This document shows, piece after piece, positions 20,904 through 30,896 of a DNA stretch of 64,000 nt. The notes beneath the pieces are model-generated. The model searched no databases, was not told the DNA's origin, and worked only from the letters and a program-made list of their open reading frames with translations. The stretch lies in the NCBI RefSeq assembly GCF_029213205.1, contig NZ_JARGNH010000013.1, positions 13,558-77,557 of the forward strand, read 5' to 3'. The stretch is from Pseudooceanicola sp. Its GTDB lineage: Bacteria; Pseudomonadota; Alphaproteobacteria; Rhodobacterales; Rhodobacteraceae. The position numbers were made by a program, and so were the translations under genes. How positions within the stretch are numbered: the stretch's first letter is position 1; each line of letters starts with the position of its first letter.

Positions 20904-21602
20904 ATGGCTGATGACAAACTGATCGTGGCGCTGGATATGCCGAATGCGCTGGAGGGTCTGCAATTGGCCGAACGCATCGGCGACGCGGTGTCGTTTTACA
21001 AAGTCGGCCTCGGGATGCTGACCGGCGGCGGGCTGGCCCTGGCCAACGAGCTGAAGCAGGAGCATGGCAAGCGCATATTCCTCGACATGAAGCTGTTCGA
21101 CATCCCGGCCACGGTGGAAAACGCGGTGCGCGGGTTGGCCGGGTTCGACCTCGATTTCCTGACCGTGCATGGTGATCCCTACGTGGTGCGCGCCGCCCGC
21201 GCGGGTGCCGCCAAAGCGCAGACCAAGATTCTTGCCGTGACCATCCTGACCTCGCTGGAACGCGCCGATCTGGATGCGGCGCTGATCGTGCCGGGCGATG
21301 TTGCCGAGATTGTCAGCACCCGCGCCGCCCGTGCCTTTGAGGCGGGGGCCGATGGTGTCATCTGCTCGGCCCGCGAGGCTGCCGCGATCCGGGCCCTGCC
21401 CGAATCGGAAGGCCGGTTGATCGTCACCCCCGGCATCCGCCCGATGGCCGCCGCCGAAGACGATCAGAAACGGGTGGCCACCCCGCGCAGCGCGATCCGC
21501 GACGGCGCCGATCACATCGTCGTCGGCCGACCAATCTGGCGCGCGGCCGATCCACGCGGCGCGGCGCTGGCGATTCAGCGGGACATCGCGACGGCCAGGT
21601 GA
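20904..21602 (+). CDS. pyrF: Orotidine-5'-phosphate decarboxylase
   Basis: LIVALD, IFLDMKLFDIPATV, VTPGIRP, HIVVGRPI. Confidence 0.96.
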   Translation: MADDKLIVALDMPNALEGLQLAERIGDAVSFYKVGLGMLTGGGLALANELKQEHGKRIFLDMKLFDIPATVENAVRGLAGFDLDFLTVHGDPYVVRAARAGAAKAQTKILAVTILTSLERADLDAALIVPGDVAEIVSTRAARAFEAGADGVICSAREAAAIRALPESEGRLIVTPGIRPMAAAEDDQKRVATPRSAIRDGADHIVVGRPIWRAADPRGAALAIQRDIATAR

Positions 21603-21649
21603 TCAATATCAGCCTGGGCTGAGGGCGCCGGGCGCTCCGGGCAAGCCCG

Positions 21650-22531
21650 CTAGCCACGAAACAATCGTGTCGCCGAAAACATCTGCTCCAGTGCCTCGAT
21701 CCGGTCCTTGGCGGTGTCCCAGCGCGCCGCCTGGACCTCGGCGATCAGCGCCTCGACCAGCAGCATGATGGCGATCGTCGAATCCCAGGAGGACGGCGCC
21801 TCGACATGGGCGTTGAACACATGCGCCGCCCCCGATGACAGCGGCGATCCCCATTGGTCGGTGAACAGCACCACCTCGGCGCCGCGCTCGGCCGCCAACC
21901 CGGCCAGCCGGGCCAGATCGGCCTCGTAGCGGCGGATGTCGAACAGGACCAGCACCGTGTCCGGCCCCATATCCAGAATGTATTGCGGCCAGACATTGGC
22001 GCTTTGCGACAGCAGGGTCACGTCGGGGCGGATGATCTGCAGATGGTTGAACAGGTAATCCGCATTGGACCGGGTGATCCGGCCCCCGGCGATCTGCACC
22101 CGCCGCGCCGGATCGGCGAGCAGCGCTGCCACCGCGTCAAAGGTCGCGGCATCGACCCGGTCCAGGGTCTGGCGCAGATTGTTGGCCACCGCTTCGGCAA
22201 ATTGGTTCAGCACATGGCCCTCGGCGGTGCCCGCCGCCCAGACCGCGCGGCGGGCAATCGGTTCGCGGATCTGCGCCGCCGCCTCTTCGCGCAGGGCGTT
22301 CTGCAAATCGGTAAAGCCGTCAAAGCCCAGCTTGCGGGCCATCCGGATCACCGTTGGGGACGACACCCCCGCCGCCCCGGCGAGCCTGGTCACCGATTGC
22401 AGCCCGGCGACCGGATAATCCTTGAGCAGCACCTCGGCCAGCGTCCGTTCGGCCGCCGTCAGCTCGGCCCGGCGGGCGAGAATGCGGTCTTTGACGATTT
22501 GCGCTGAGCCAGTCAGAGGGGACCCTTTCAT
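21650..22531 (-). CDS. MurR/RpiR-family transcriptional regulator (HTH + SIS)
   Basis: N-terminal HTH (SSPTVIRMARKLGFDGF) followed by a SIS domain; divergent from the catabolic operon. Confidence 0.9.
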   Translation of the reverse strand: MKGSPLTGSAQIVKDRILARRAELTAAERTLAEVLLKDYPVAGLQSVTRLAGAAGVSSPTVIRMARKLGFDGFTDLQNALREEAAAQIREPIARRAVWAAGTAEGHVLNQFAEAVANNLRQTLDRVDAATFDAVAALLADPARRVQIAGGRITRSNADYLFNHLQIIRPDVTLLSQSANVWPQYILDMGPDTVLVLFDIRRYEADLARLAGLAAERGAEVVLFTDQWGSPLSSGAAHVFNAHVEAPSSWDSTIAIMLLVEALIAEVQAARWDTAKDRIEALEQMFSATRLFRG

Positions 22532-22567
22532 CGGATTGCTAATTTTTCCTACATTGACGCATCCGTC

Positions 22568-22600
22568 TGTAGCAAAGACTACAACTTGTCCGTTGACAAG
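22568..22600. promoter_or_regulatory. Two adjacent palindromes in the divergent promoter; candidate RpiR-family operator
   Basis: TGTAG-CAAAGA-CTACA at 22568-22583, resembling the TGTA..TACA operators of HexR/RpiR regulators, and CTTGTC-CGTT-GACAAG at 22585-22600, overlapping a TTGACA hexamer. Confidence 0.6.
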
Positions 22601-22628
22601 GTTTCAATCGGCGGGTCACTTGCTTCCT

Positions 22629-23387
22629 ATGACTGCTGCCCAACCTCTTTTGTGCCCCGGTGAAGGCACGCCGGTGGACTGCCTCAATCCTGACGGTTCG
22701 GGGCCGCTGGTTCTGGTCTGCGAACATGCCAGTGCCTATATCCCTGCCGCGTTGAATGGTCTGGGGCTGAGTGACGCTGACCGGCTCAGCCACGCCGCCT
22801 GGGATCCCGGTGCTCTGGCCGTGGCGCAGGCGATGTCAGCGGCGTTGGACGCGCCGCTGGTGGCGGCTCGGGTGTCGCGGCTGGTCTATGATTGCAACCG
22901 CCCGCCGGACGCGCCGAATGCGATGCCCGCCCGCAGCGAAGTGATCGAGGTGCCGGGCAACCGCGATCTGAGCGCCGCCCAACGCGCCGCGCGCAGTGCC
23001 GCGATCTATGACCCGTTCCAGGCACGATTGCGGGCCACCCTTGCGGCGCATCCGGGCGCTGCATTGGTGACGGTCCATTCCTTTACCCCGACCTGGTTCG
23101 GCCAGCCGCGCGCCGCCGAGATCGGGTTGCTGCATGATGCCGATGACCGTCTCGCCGCAGCGATGTTGGCAGGGGCCCAATCGCTGCCCGCCAAGGCGGC
23201 ACTGAACGTGCCCTATGCGGCGGCGGACGGGGTCACCCATACGCTGAAACTGCACGGGGCCGGGCGCCGCAATGTGATGATCGAAATCCGCAATGATCTG
23301 ATCGCCACGCCCGAGGCCGCCGCCGCGATGGGGCAGGCGCTGGCCGATCTGATCCGGCTGGCGCTGGGCACGGGGGCGGCGCAATGA
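22629..23387 (+). CDS. N-formylglutamate amidohydrolase family protein
   Basis: LVCEHAS, HAAWDPGA, SRLVYDCNRPP, VTVHSFTP, NVMIEIRNDLI. Confidence 0.9.
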   Translation: MTAAQPLLCPGEGTPVDCLNPDGSGPLVLVCEHASAYIPAALNGLGLSDADRLSHAAWDPGALAVAQAMSAALDAPLVAARVSRLVYDCNRPPDAPNAMPARSEVIEVPGNRDLSAAQRAARSAAIYDPFQARLRATLAAHPGAALVTVHSFTPTWFGQPRAAEIGLLHDADDRLAAAMLAGAQSLPAKAALNVPYAAADGVTHTLKLHGAGRRNVMIEIRNDLIATPEAAAAMGQALADLIRLALGTGAAQ

Positions 23388-23968
23388 GGCGGTTCATCGC
23401 CATTGTGGACCGGATGAACCGCTGGATCGGTCGGATCGTGATGTACGGGATCTTTGTGATGATGGGGATCCTGCTGTGGTCGTCGTTTTCCAAGACCTTC
23501 ACCCTGCCGTCGCTGTGGACGTTGGAAATGGCGCAATTCGCGATGGTCGCCTATTACATCCTCGGCGGGCCCTATTCGATCCAGCTGGGATCGAATGTGC
23601 GGATGGACCTGATCTATGGCGAATGGTCGGATCGCAAAAAGGCCATGGTCGACGGGTTCAGCGTGTTTTTCCTGATATTCTATCTGGTGGTGTTGCTTTG
23701 GGGCGGGCTGTCGTCGCTGTCCTACAGCCTCGGCAATTTTTCCGGCGATTTCTGGAGCTTTTTTGGCCGGATCATCACAGGGTTCTTTACCGGTGGCATC
23801 GAGGGCGCGACAGAGCCGATGGGGTTCATCGAACGGTCCTCGACCGCCTGGCGGCCGGTGATCTGGCCAATCAAGCTGATCATGTGCACCGGGGTGTTTC
23901 TGATGCTGCTGCAATGCCTGTCCGAATTCTTCAAGGACATCCTGCGGATCCGGGGGCAGGCGATCTGA
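23384..23968 (+). CDS. TRAP transporter small permease (DctQ family)
   Basis: Four TM segments, WTLEMAQF, NVRMDLIY; precedes the large subunit. Confidence 0.9.
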   Translation: MRRFIAIVDRMNRWIGRIVMYGIFVMMGILLWSSFSKTFTLPSLWTLEMAQFAMVAYYILGGPYSIQLGSNVRMDLIYGEWSDRKKAMVDGFSVFFLIFYLVVLLWGGLSSLSYSLGNFSGDFWSFFGRIITGFFTGGIEGATEPMGFIERSSTAWRPVIWPIKLIMCTGVFLMLLQCLSEFFKDILRIRGQAI

Positions 23969-25293
23969 TGCCTTATGAAATGATCGCCATCCTGATGTTC
24001 AGCTCGATGATGCTGATGCTGCTGACCGGGCAACGGGTGTTCGGCGCCATCGGCTTTGTCGCGGTGGTGGCGGCGCTGCTGCTCTGGGGCGACCGCGGCG
24101 GTTTCGACCTCGGGTTTTCCGCCGCGATGAAGCTGATGAAATGGTATCCGCTGCTGACCCTGCCGATGTTCATCTTCATGGGCTATGTGCTGTCCGAGAG
24201 CAAAATCGCCGATGACCTCTATCGGATGTTCCATGTCTGGATGGGCGGGCTGCATGGCGGGCTGGCGATTGGCACCATCGGGTTGATGGTGCTGATTTCA
24301 GCGATGAACGGGCTCAGCGTCGCGGGCATGGCGATTGGCGCCACCATCGCGCTGCCAGAGCTGCTGAAACGCGGCTATGACAAGCGGATGGTGACCGGGG
24401 TGATCCAGGCCGGATCCTCGCTCGGGATTCTGGTGCCGCCCTCGGTGGTGCTGGTGCTCTACGCGATGATCGCGCGGCAACCGGTGGGTCAACTCTGGCT
24501 GGCCGGGGTGGTGCCGGGGCTGATGATGGCGGCGATGTTCGTGGTCTACATTGCGGTGCGCTGCAAGCTGCAGCCCGAGCTGGGGCCGGTGCTGTCGCCC
24601 GAGGAGCGCAATGTGTCACGGGCCGAAAAGAGGCGCCTGCTGGGGGCTGGCCTGCTGCCGTTGTTCATCTTTGCGACGATGATGATTCCCTTTGTGAATG
24701 GCTGGACCTCGTTGGTGGAAAGCAGCGCCATTGGCGCGATGGCGGCGTTTCTGGCGGCGGTGGTCAAGGGGCGGATGACCCGCGAGGTGTTTGAGAATTC
24801 GGTGCGCAACACCCTGGGGATCTCCTGCATGTTCATGTGGATCATCCTCGCCGCCCTGGCCTTTGGCGCGGTGTTTGACGGGCTCGGCGCGGTCAAGGCG
24901 ATCGAGAACCTGTTCACCGAACAGCTGGGCCTCGGCCCCTGGGGCATCCTGATCCTGATGCAGCTGAGCTTTATCCTGATGGGCACGTTCCTGGATGACA
25001 CCGCGATGCTGGTGATCGTCGCGCCGCTTTATGTGCCGCTGGTTCAGGCGCTGGGATTCGATCTGATCTGGTATGGTATCCTTTATACGATCACCACGCA
25101 GATCGCCTATATGACGCCGCCGTTCGGCTATAACCTGTTCCTGATGCGGGCGATGGCGCCGCCAGAGATTTCGCTGCGTGATATCTATGCCTCGATCACC
25201 CCCTTCGTTCTGGTGATGGTCGCGGCGCTGGTGATCGTGATGCTGGTGCCGGAGATCGCCCTGTGGCTGCCGGGACTGGTCTATGGAGATTAA
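23968..25293 (+). CDS. TRAP transporter large permease (DctM family)
   Basis: LPMFIFMG, GSSLGILVPPSVVL, AYMTPPFGYNLF; TGATG overlap with the small subunit. Confidence 0.93.
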   Translation: MPYEMIAILMFSSMMLMLLTGQRVFGAIGFVAVVAALLLWGDRGGFDLGFSAAMKLMKWYPLLTLPMFIFMGYVLSESKIADDLYRMFHVWMGGLHGGLAIGTIGLMVLISAMNGLSVAGMAIGATIALPELLKRGYDKRMVTGVIQAGSSLGILVPPSVVLVLYAMIARQPVGQLWLAGVVPGLMMAAMFVVYIAVRCKLQPELGPVLSPEERNVSRAEKRRLLGAGLLPLFIFATMMIPFVNGWTSLVESSAIGAMAAFLAAVVKGRMTREVFENSVRNTLGISCMFMWIILAALAFGAVFDGLGAVKAIENLFTEQLGLGPWGILILMQLSFILMGTFLDDTAMLVIVAPLYVPLVQALGFDLIWYGILYTITTQIAYMTPPFGYNLFLMRAMAPPEISLRDIYASITPFVLVMVAALVIVMLVPEIALWLPGLVYGD

Positions 25294-25357
25294 CCACATA
25301 AGTGCCCCGGAAAGGGGCCGTTGAGCACGATAATGCAACCCAATCGGAGGTAAGATT

Positions 25358-26389
25358 ATGACCACGAGACGCAAGTTTATCCAAGGCGCGGCCATCGCGC
25401 CCGCCGCCGCGCTGGCCACCCCGGCGCTGGCGCAATCGACGATCAAATGGCGGCTGCAAACCTATGCTGGCGCGGCACTGGCCGAACATGTGATCAAGCC
25501 CGCCGTCGACAGCTTTAACAAGATCGCGGGCGACCGCATGCAGATCGAGCTCTATTTCTCCGATCAGCTGGTCCCGACCGGCGAGCTGTTTCAGGCGATG
25601 CAGCGCGGCACCATCGACGCGGTGCAATCGGACGACGATTCGATGGCCTCGCCGACCGAAGTCACCGTCTTCGGCGGCTATTTCCCCTTCGCCTCGCGCT
25701 ACAGCCTCGACGTGCCGGTGCTGTTCAACCAATACGGCCTGAACGAGATCTGGGCCGAGGAATATGCCAAGGTCGGGGTGAAACACATCAGCGCCGGGTC
25801 CTGGGATCCGTGCCATTTCGCCACCAAGGACCCGATCAACAGCCTGGCTGACCTCAAGGGCAAGCGGGTCTTTACCTTCCCCACCGCTGGCCGCTTCCTC
25901 AGCCAGTTCGGGGTGATCCCGGTGACCCTGCCCTGGGAAGACATCGAGGTCGCGGTGCAAACCGGCGAGCTGGACGGCATCGCCTGGTCCGGCATCACCG
26001 AGGATTACACCGTCGGTTGGGCCGATGTGACCAACTACTTCCTCACCAACAACATCTCGGGCGCCTGGATTGGCCACTTCTTTGCCAATATGGAACGCTG
26101 GAACGAGGTGCCCGCCGATCTTCAGGAATTGCTGAAGGTCTGCATGGAGCAGAGCCACTACTACCGTCAGTGGTGGTATTGGGGGGGCGAGGCTTCGCTG
26201 CGGGTCAATGGGCCGAAGATGCAGCTGACCACGATTCCCGATGCCGAATGGGATCAGGTCGAAAGTGCTGCGCACAAGTTCTGGGACGAGATCGCTGCCG
26301 AAAGCCCGACCAAGGCCAAGGTCGTCGAGATCTTCAAGCAGTATAATGCCGATATGCAAAAGGCCGGACGTCCCTACCGCTATGGCTAA
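25358..26389 (+). CDS. TRAP solute-binding protein (DctP family) with a Tat signal
   Basis: TRRKFI twin-arginine signal, QLVPTGELFQAMQRGTIDA, ADLKGKRV. Confidence 0.92.
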   Translation: MTTRRKFIQGAAIAPAAALATPALAQSTIKWRLQTYAGAALAEHVIKPAVDSFNKIAGDRMQIELYFSDQLVPTGELFQAMQRGTIDAVQSDDDSMASPTEVTVFGGYFPFASRYSLDVPVLFNQYGLNEIWAEEYAKVGVKHISAGSWDPCHFATKDPINSLADLKGKRVFTFPTAGRFLSQFGVIPVTLPWEDIEVAVQTGELDGIAWSGITEDYTVGWADVTNYFLTNNISGAWIGHFFANMERWNEVPADLQELLKVCMEQSHYYRQWWYWGGEASLRVNGPKMQLTTIPDAEWDQVESAAHKFWDEIAAESPTKAKVVEIFKQYNADMQKAGRPYRYG

Positions 26390-26419
26390 GCTGCGGGCTT
26401 TGCGACATTGAAAGCATCG

Positions 26420-26446
26420 CGGCGCCCCGAAGGTTTCGGGGCGCCG
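26420..26446 (+). terminator. Perfect 12-bp hairpin after the solute-binding protein gene (terminator or mRNA stabiliser)
   Basis: CGGCGCCCCGAA-GGT-TTCGGGGCGCCG; no long U-tract follows. Confidence 0.55.
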
Positions 26447-26467
26447 TCTGGCCGAAAGGAGAACGCC

Positions 26468-27832
26468 ATGCCCGGCAACCTGACATTCACCGATCTGAAA
26501 TCCAAAGTGGCCGATGGCAGCATCGACACGGTATTGGCCTGTATCGTCGACATGCAGGGCCGGTTGATGGGCAAGCGGTTCACCGGCAGCCATTTCGCCG
26601 CCAGCGCCTGGGAAGAGACCCATTGCTGCAACTACCTGCTGGCCACCGACCTTGAGATGGAAACGCCCGAGGGCTATGCCGCGACCTCCTGGCGGGCGGG
26701 TTACGGCGACTACATGATGAAGCCTGATCTCGCCACCTTGCGGCTGGTGCCCTGGCTTGCGGGCACGGCGATGGTGCTGTGCGATCTGCGCGATCATCAC
26801 GACCAGGGCGATATCGAACATTCGCCGCGCGCCATTCTGAAACGTCAGATCGCCCGGGCGCAGGCGCTGGGCCTGACCCCGATGATGGCGACCGAGCTGG
26901 AATTTTTCCTGTTCCAGGGCGATTACAACGCGCTGCGCAACAGCGGCTATCGCGACCTGAAACCCTATTCGCCCTACAATCTTGACTACAACATGCTGGC
27001 CACCACCAAGGAAGAGCATGTGATGCGGCCGATCCGTAACCATCTGGTGGCCGCCGGGGTGCCGGTCGAGAATTCCAAGGGCGAGGCCGAGGCCGGTCAG
27101 GAAGAGCTGAACATCCGTTATGCCGAGGCGCTGGATTGCGCCGACAACCATGTGATTGCCAAACAGGCGATCAAGGAAATCGCCTGGCAACAGGGGGTTT
27201 CGGCGACCTTCCTGCCGAAATGGCGAGACGACGCGGTCGGCAGCGCTGCGCATGTGCATCTGTCGCTCTGGGCGGGCAAAGATCCGGCGTTTTACGACAA
27301 GGACGGCGCCCATGGCATGTCTTCGACAATGCGCGCCTTTTGCGCCGGGATGCTGAAATACGCCGCCGACGTGACGGTGTTCCTGGCGCCCTATGTGAAT
27401 TCCTACAAACGGTTCGCAAAGGGCACCTTTGCCCCGACCAAGATCGCCTGGAGCGTCGACAACCGCACCGCCGGGTTCCGGCTCTGCGGCGAGGGGTCGA
27501 AAGCGGTGCGGATGGAATGCCGGATCCCGGGATCCGACATGAACCCCTATCTGGCCGAGGCGGCGCTGCTGGCCGCCGGGCTGAAGGGCATCGAAGAGAG
27601 GCTGAGCCTTGGCGATCCGGTCGGGGGTGATCTGTATGACGACACCACGGTCCCGGAAATCCCGCGCTCGCTGGCGGCGGCAACCGAGCGGCTACGCGCC
27701 TCGACCATGCTGCGCGAGGCGTTTGGCGACTGGACCGTCGACCATTACACCCGCGCCGCCGAGGTCGAACAGGAGGCCTTTGACGCCGCCATCACCGATT
27801 GGGAAATCGCCCGCGGGTTCGAAAAGGCCTGA
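26468..27832 (+). CDS. Glutamine synthetase-like gamma-glutamyl-amide synthetase
   Basis: DMQGRLMGKR, ATELEFFLF, EAGQEELN, TFLPK, AAHVHLSLW, DNRTAGFR, MECRIPGSDMNPYLA. GS-like (PuuA-type) rather than a true GlnA. Confidence 0.9.
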   Translation: MPGNLTFTDLKSKVADGSIDTVLACIVDMQGRLMGKRFTGSHFAASAWEETHCCNYLLATDLEMETPEGYAATSWRAGYGDYMMKPDLATLRLVPWLAGTAMVLCDLRDHHDQGDIEHSPRAILKRQIARAQALGLTPMMATELEFFLFQGDYNALRNSGYRDLKPYSPYNLDYNMLATTKEEHVMRPIRNHLVAAGVPVENSKGEAEAGQEELNIRYAEALDCADNHVIAKQAIKEIAWQQGVSATFLPKWRDDAVGSAAHVHLSLWAGKDPAFYDKDGAHGMSSTMRAFCAGMLKYAADVTVFLAPYVNSYKRFAKGTFAPTKIAWSVDNRTAGFRLCGEGSKAVRMECRIPGSDMNPYLAEAALLAAGLKGIEERLSLGDPVGGDLYDDTTVPEIPRSLAAATERLRASTMLREAFGDWTVDHYTRAAEVEQEAFDAAITDWEIARGFEKA

Positions 27833-27903
27833 GGCCACCCGTGGCGACCCCGCGCCGCTCAACCCAAAGGTTTTTCGGGCCAATTGGCCCAGTGAGGACG
27901 AAA

Positions 27904-29277
27904 ATGACCACGCTCACCTGCACCTCCCCCATCGACGGCTCGACCCTGGCGACGCGCGCGGCGCTCAGCCTTGCGGGCGCACATGCCGTTGCCACCCGCG
28001 CCCGTGCGGCGCAAAAAGCCTGGGCGGCGCGCCCGCTGAGCGAACGCCGCGACCTGGTGATGGCCGGGGTGGCCCGGATCGGCGAACAGCAGGAGCGGAT
28101 GACCCTCGAACTGGCGCAGCAAATGGGCCGGCCGATCCGCTATGGCGGTGAATTCGGCGGCTTCAACGAACGCGCCAGCTATATGGCCAGCATTGCCGAG
28201 GACGCGCTTGCCCCGCTGGTGATCGAGGACAGCGCCACCGCGCGTCGGGTGATCAAACGCGAAGCGGCGGGCGTGGTGCTGATCGTGGCGCCGTGGAACT
28301 ACCCCTATATGACCGCGATCAACACCCTGGCCCCGGCACTGATCTCGGGCTCGGCGGTGCTCTTGAAACATGCCACCCAGACGCTGCTGGTCGGCGACCA
28401 TCTGGCCGAAGCCTTCCACGCCGTTGGCGTGCCCGAGGAGGTCTTTCAGAATGTCTTCCTCGATCATGACACCACCAGCGCCCTGATCGCCGCCCGCGCC
28501 TTTGACGTGGTCAATTTCACCGGCTCGGTCGGCGGCGGCAAGGCGATGGAACGCGCGGCGGCGGGGACCTTTACCGCCGTGGCCACCGAACTCGGCGGCA
28601 AGGACCCGAGCTATGTCCGCGCCGATGCCGATGTCGATGCGGCGGTTGCCGGGCTGATCGACGGGGCGATGTTCAATTCCGGCCAATGCTGCTGCGGGAT
28701 CGAGCGGATCTATGTGCATGAAAGCCGGTTCGACGAATTTCTGACCAAGGCGGTGGCGCTGGTCCAAGGCTACAAGCTGGGCAATCCGATGGACAAGGCG
28801 ACCGATATCGGCCCGATGGCCAATCTGCGCTTTGCCAAGGTGGTGCGCGATCAGCTGGCGCAGGCGCTGGCGCAGGGGGCCAAGGCACATATTGACACGA
28901 TGCCCGCCGATGACGGCGGCGCATATGTCACGCCGCAGATCCTGACCAATGTGACCCAGGCGATGGATGTGATGCGCGAGGAAACCTTTGGGCCGCTGGT
29001 CGGCATCATGCCGGTCAGGGACGACGAAGAGGCAATTGCACTGATGAACGATTGCCAGTTCGGCCTGACCGCGGCGATCTTTACCGCCGATGCGGTGGCG
29101 GCCGAAGCGATTGGCGACCGGCTGGAAACCGGCACCGTGTTCATGAACCGCTGCGATTACCTCGATCCCGCATTGTGCTGGTCGGGGTGCAAGGACACAG
29201 GCCGCGGCACCGGGCTTTCTGTGCTGGGCTATCACGCGCTGACCCGACCGAAATCCTATCATCTGAAAAAGGGCTGA
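27904..29277 (+). CDS. NAD(P)-dependent aldehyde dehydrogenase
   Basis: PWNYP, FTGSVGGG, ELGGKDP, FNSGQCCCGIERIYV, EETFGP. Confidence 0.93.
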   Translation: MTTLTCTSPIDGSTLATRAALSLAGAHAVATRARAAQKAWAARPLSERRDLVMAGVARIGEQQERMTLELAQQMGRPIRYGGEFGGFNERASYMASIAEDALAPLVIEDSATARRVIKREAAGVVLIVAPWNYPYMTAINTLAPALISGSAVLLKHATQTLLVGDHLAEAFHAVGVPEEVFQNVFLDHDTTSALIAARAFDVVNFTGSVGGGKAMERAAAGTFTAVATELGGKDPSYVRADADVDAAVAGLIDGAMFNSGQCCCGIERIYVHESRFDEFLTKAVALVQGYKLGNPMDKATDIGPMANLRFAKVVRDQLAQALAQGAKAHIDTMPADDGGAYVTPQILTNVTQAMDVMREETFGPLVGIMPVRDDEEAIALMNDCQFGLTAAIFTADAVAAEAIGDRLETGTVFMNRCDYLDPALCWSGCKDTGRGTGLSVLGYHALTRPKSYHLKKG

Positions 29278-29282
29278 TCCCG

Positions 29283-30440
29283 ATGGCATTTACCCAGGCA
29301 CCCACCGCCAACTGGTCCTATCCAACCGCCATTCGTTTTGGACCGGGGCGGATCGCCGAACTGGCCGAATCCTGCCGCAGTGCCGGTATCAGCAAGCCGC
29401 TGCTGGTCACCGACAAGGGGTTGGCATTGATGGAGATCACCCGCAGCGCGCTGGCGTTGCTGCGGGCGGCCGGGCTCGACGTTGGTCTGTTTTCCGAGGT
29501 TGACCCCAACCCCACCGAGGTGAACGTCGCCGAGGGGCTGCGCGCCTATCGCGAGGGCGGTTATGACGGGGTTGTCGCCTTTGGCGGCGGCTCGGCGCTG
29601 GATCTGGGCAAGACCATTGCCTTCATGTCCGGGCAGACCCGCCCGCTGTGGGATTTCGAGGATATCGGCGATTACTGGACCCGGGCCGATCCGGCGGGGA
29701 TTGCCCCGATCGTGGCGGTGCCGACCACCGCCGGCACCGGATCCGAGGTTGGCCGTGCCGGGGTCATCACCAATTCCGAAACCCATGAGAAAAAGATCAT
29801 CTTTCACCCCAAGATGCTGCCGACGATTGTGATCTGCGATCCGGAACTGACGGTGGGCATGCCCAAGCACATCACCGCAGGCACCGGGCTGGATGCCTTT
29901 GCCCATTGCGTCGAGGCGTTCAGCAGCCCGCATTATCATCCGATGAGCCAGGGCATCGCCCTTGAGGGGATGCGGCTGGTGCACAATTACCTGCCGCGCG
30001 CCCATGCCAATGGCAATGACCTTGAGGCCCGGGCGATGATGATGAGCGCGGCGGCGATGGGCGCCACGGCGTTTCAAAAGGGCCTCGGCGCGATCCATGC
30101 GCTCAGCCATCCAATCGGCGCGATCTATCACACCCACCATGGCACCACCAACGCGGTCTGCATGCCTGCGGTGCTGCACTTCAACCGCGATGCGATTGCC
30201 GGGAAATTCGACCGGGTGGCGGCCTATCTGGGAATTCCCGGCGGCTTTGACGGGTTTTGCGCCTATGTCGACGCGCTGAACGATGCGCTGAACATTCCCA
30301 AATCGCTGAAAGGTCTGGGGATCGAACATCCCGATCTGGATGCGCTGGCCAGCGCGGCGCTGAAGGATCCCAGCGTCGGTGGCAATCCGGTGGAAATGAC
30401 GTTCGAGAACACCCGCGCATTGCTTGAGCGGATCGCCTAG
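29283..30440 (+). CDS. Iron-containing alcohol dehydrogenase
   Basis: AFGGGSALDLGK, VPTTAGTGSE, GLDAFAHCVE, HALSH, HHGTTNA. Confidence 0.93.
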   Translation: MAFTQAPTANWSYPTAIRFGPGRIAELAESCRSAGISKPLLVTDKGLALMEITRSALALLRAAGLDVGLFSEVDPNPTEVNVAEGLRAYREGGYDGVVAFGGGSALDLGKTIAFMSGQTRPLWDFEDIGDYWTRADPAGIAPIVAVPTTAGTGSEVGRAGVITNSETHEKKIIFHPKMLPTIVICDPELTVGMPKHITAGTGLDAFAHCVEAFSSPHYHPMSQGIALEGMRLVHNYLPRAHANGNDLEARAMMMSAAAMGATAFQKGLGAIHALSHPIGAIYHTHHGTTNAVCMPAVLHFNRDAIAGKFDRVAAYLGIPGGFDGFCAYVDALNDALNIPKSLKGLGIEHPDLDALASAALKDPSVGGNPVEMTFENTRALLERIA

Positions 30441-30502
30441 CACATTTTTGCTATGTCGATGACGGGTGAGGGGGTAATTTGGCGGCTATTTGGAGGTACT
30501 CC

Positions 30503-30895
30503 ATGCGCCGCGATCTCACATTCTGGCTTCTCCTCGGCTTTTGGGCCGTGCTCATGGTGCTGTCGATCATCGTCCCGGCGATGACGGCGGCCAAGGATTT
30601 CGGCCTCACGCGCGGGTTCAACCGCATTGAGCTCTTTATGGAATTCCAGATCGCCGGGCTGGTTGTCGCGCTGGTGCTCTGGTTCGTGGCCCGTCGACAG
30701 CAAAGCGCGCTGAAACGCTGGCTGGGCCGGGTGCCCGGGGTGCTGGCGCTGCTCGGGATCCTCGGCATCGTGGTGCTGATCTACTGGATCAACCAGCCGC
30801 CAGCGATGCCCGGGGATTCACCGGTGGAACCGGAGCGCCCGGTCGCCGCACCCGCCGCGCCGCTTGAGCCGACGGCCCCGGCGGCGGACAATTGA
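30503..30895 (+). CDS. Hypothetical membrane protein (3 TM, Pro/Ala-rich tail)
   Basis: GGAGG RBS, three hydrophobic segments. Confidence 0.7.
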   Translation: MRRDLTFWLLLGFWAVLMVLSIIVPAMTAAKDFGLTRGFNRIELFMEFQIAGLVVALVLWFVARRQQSALKRWLGRVPGVLALLGILGIVVLIYWINQPPAMPGDSPVEPERPVAAPAAPLEPTAPAADN

Positions 30896-30896
30896 G

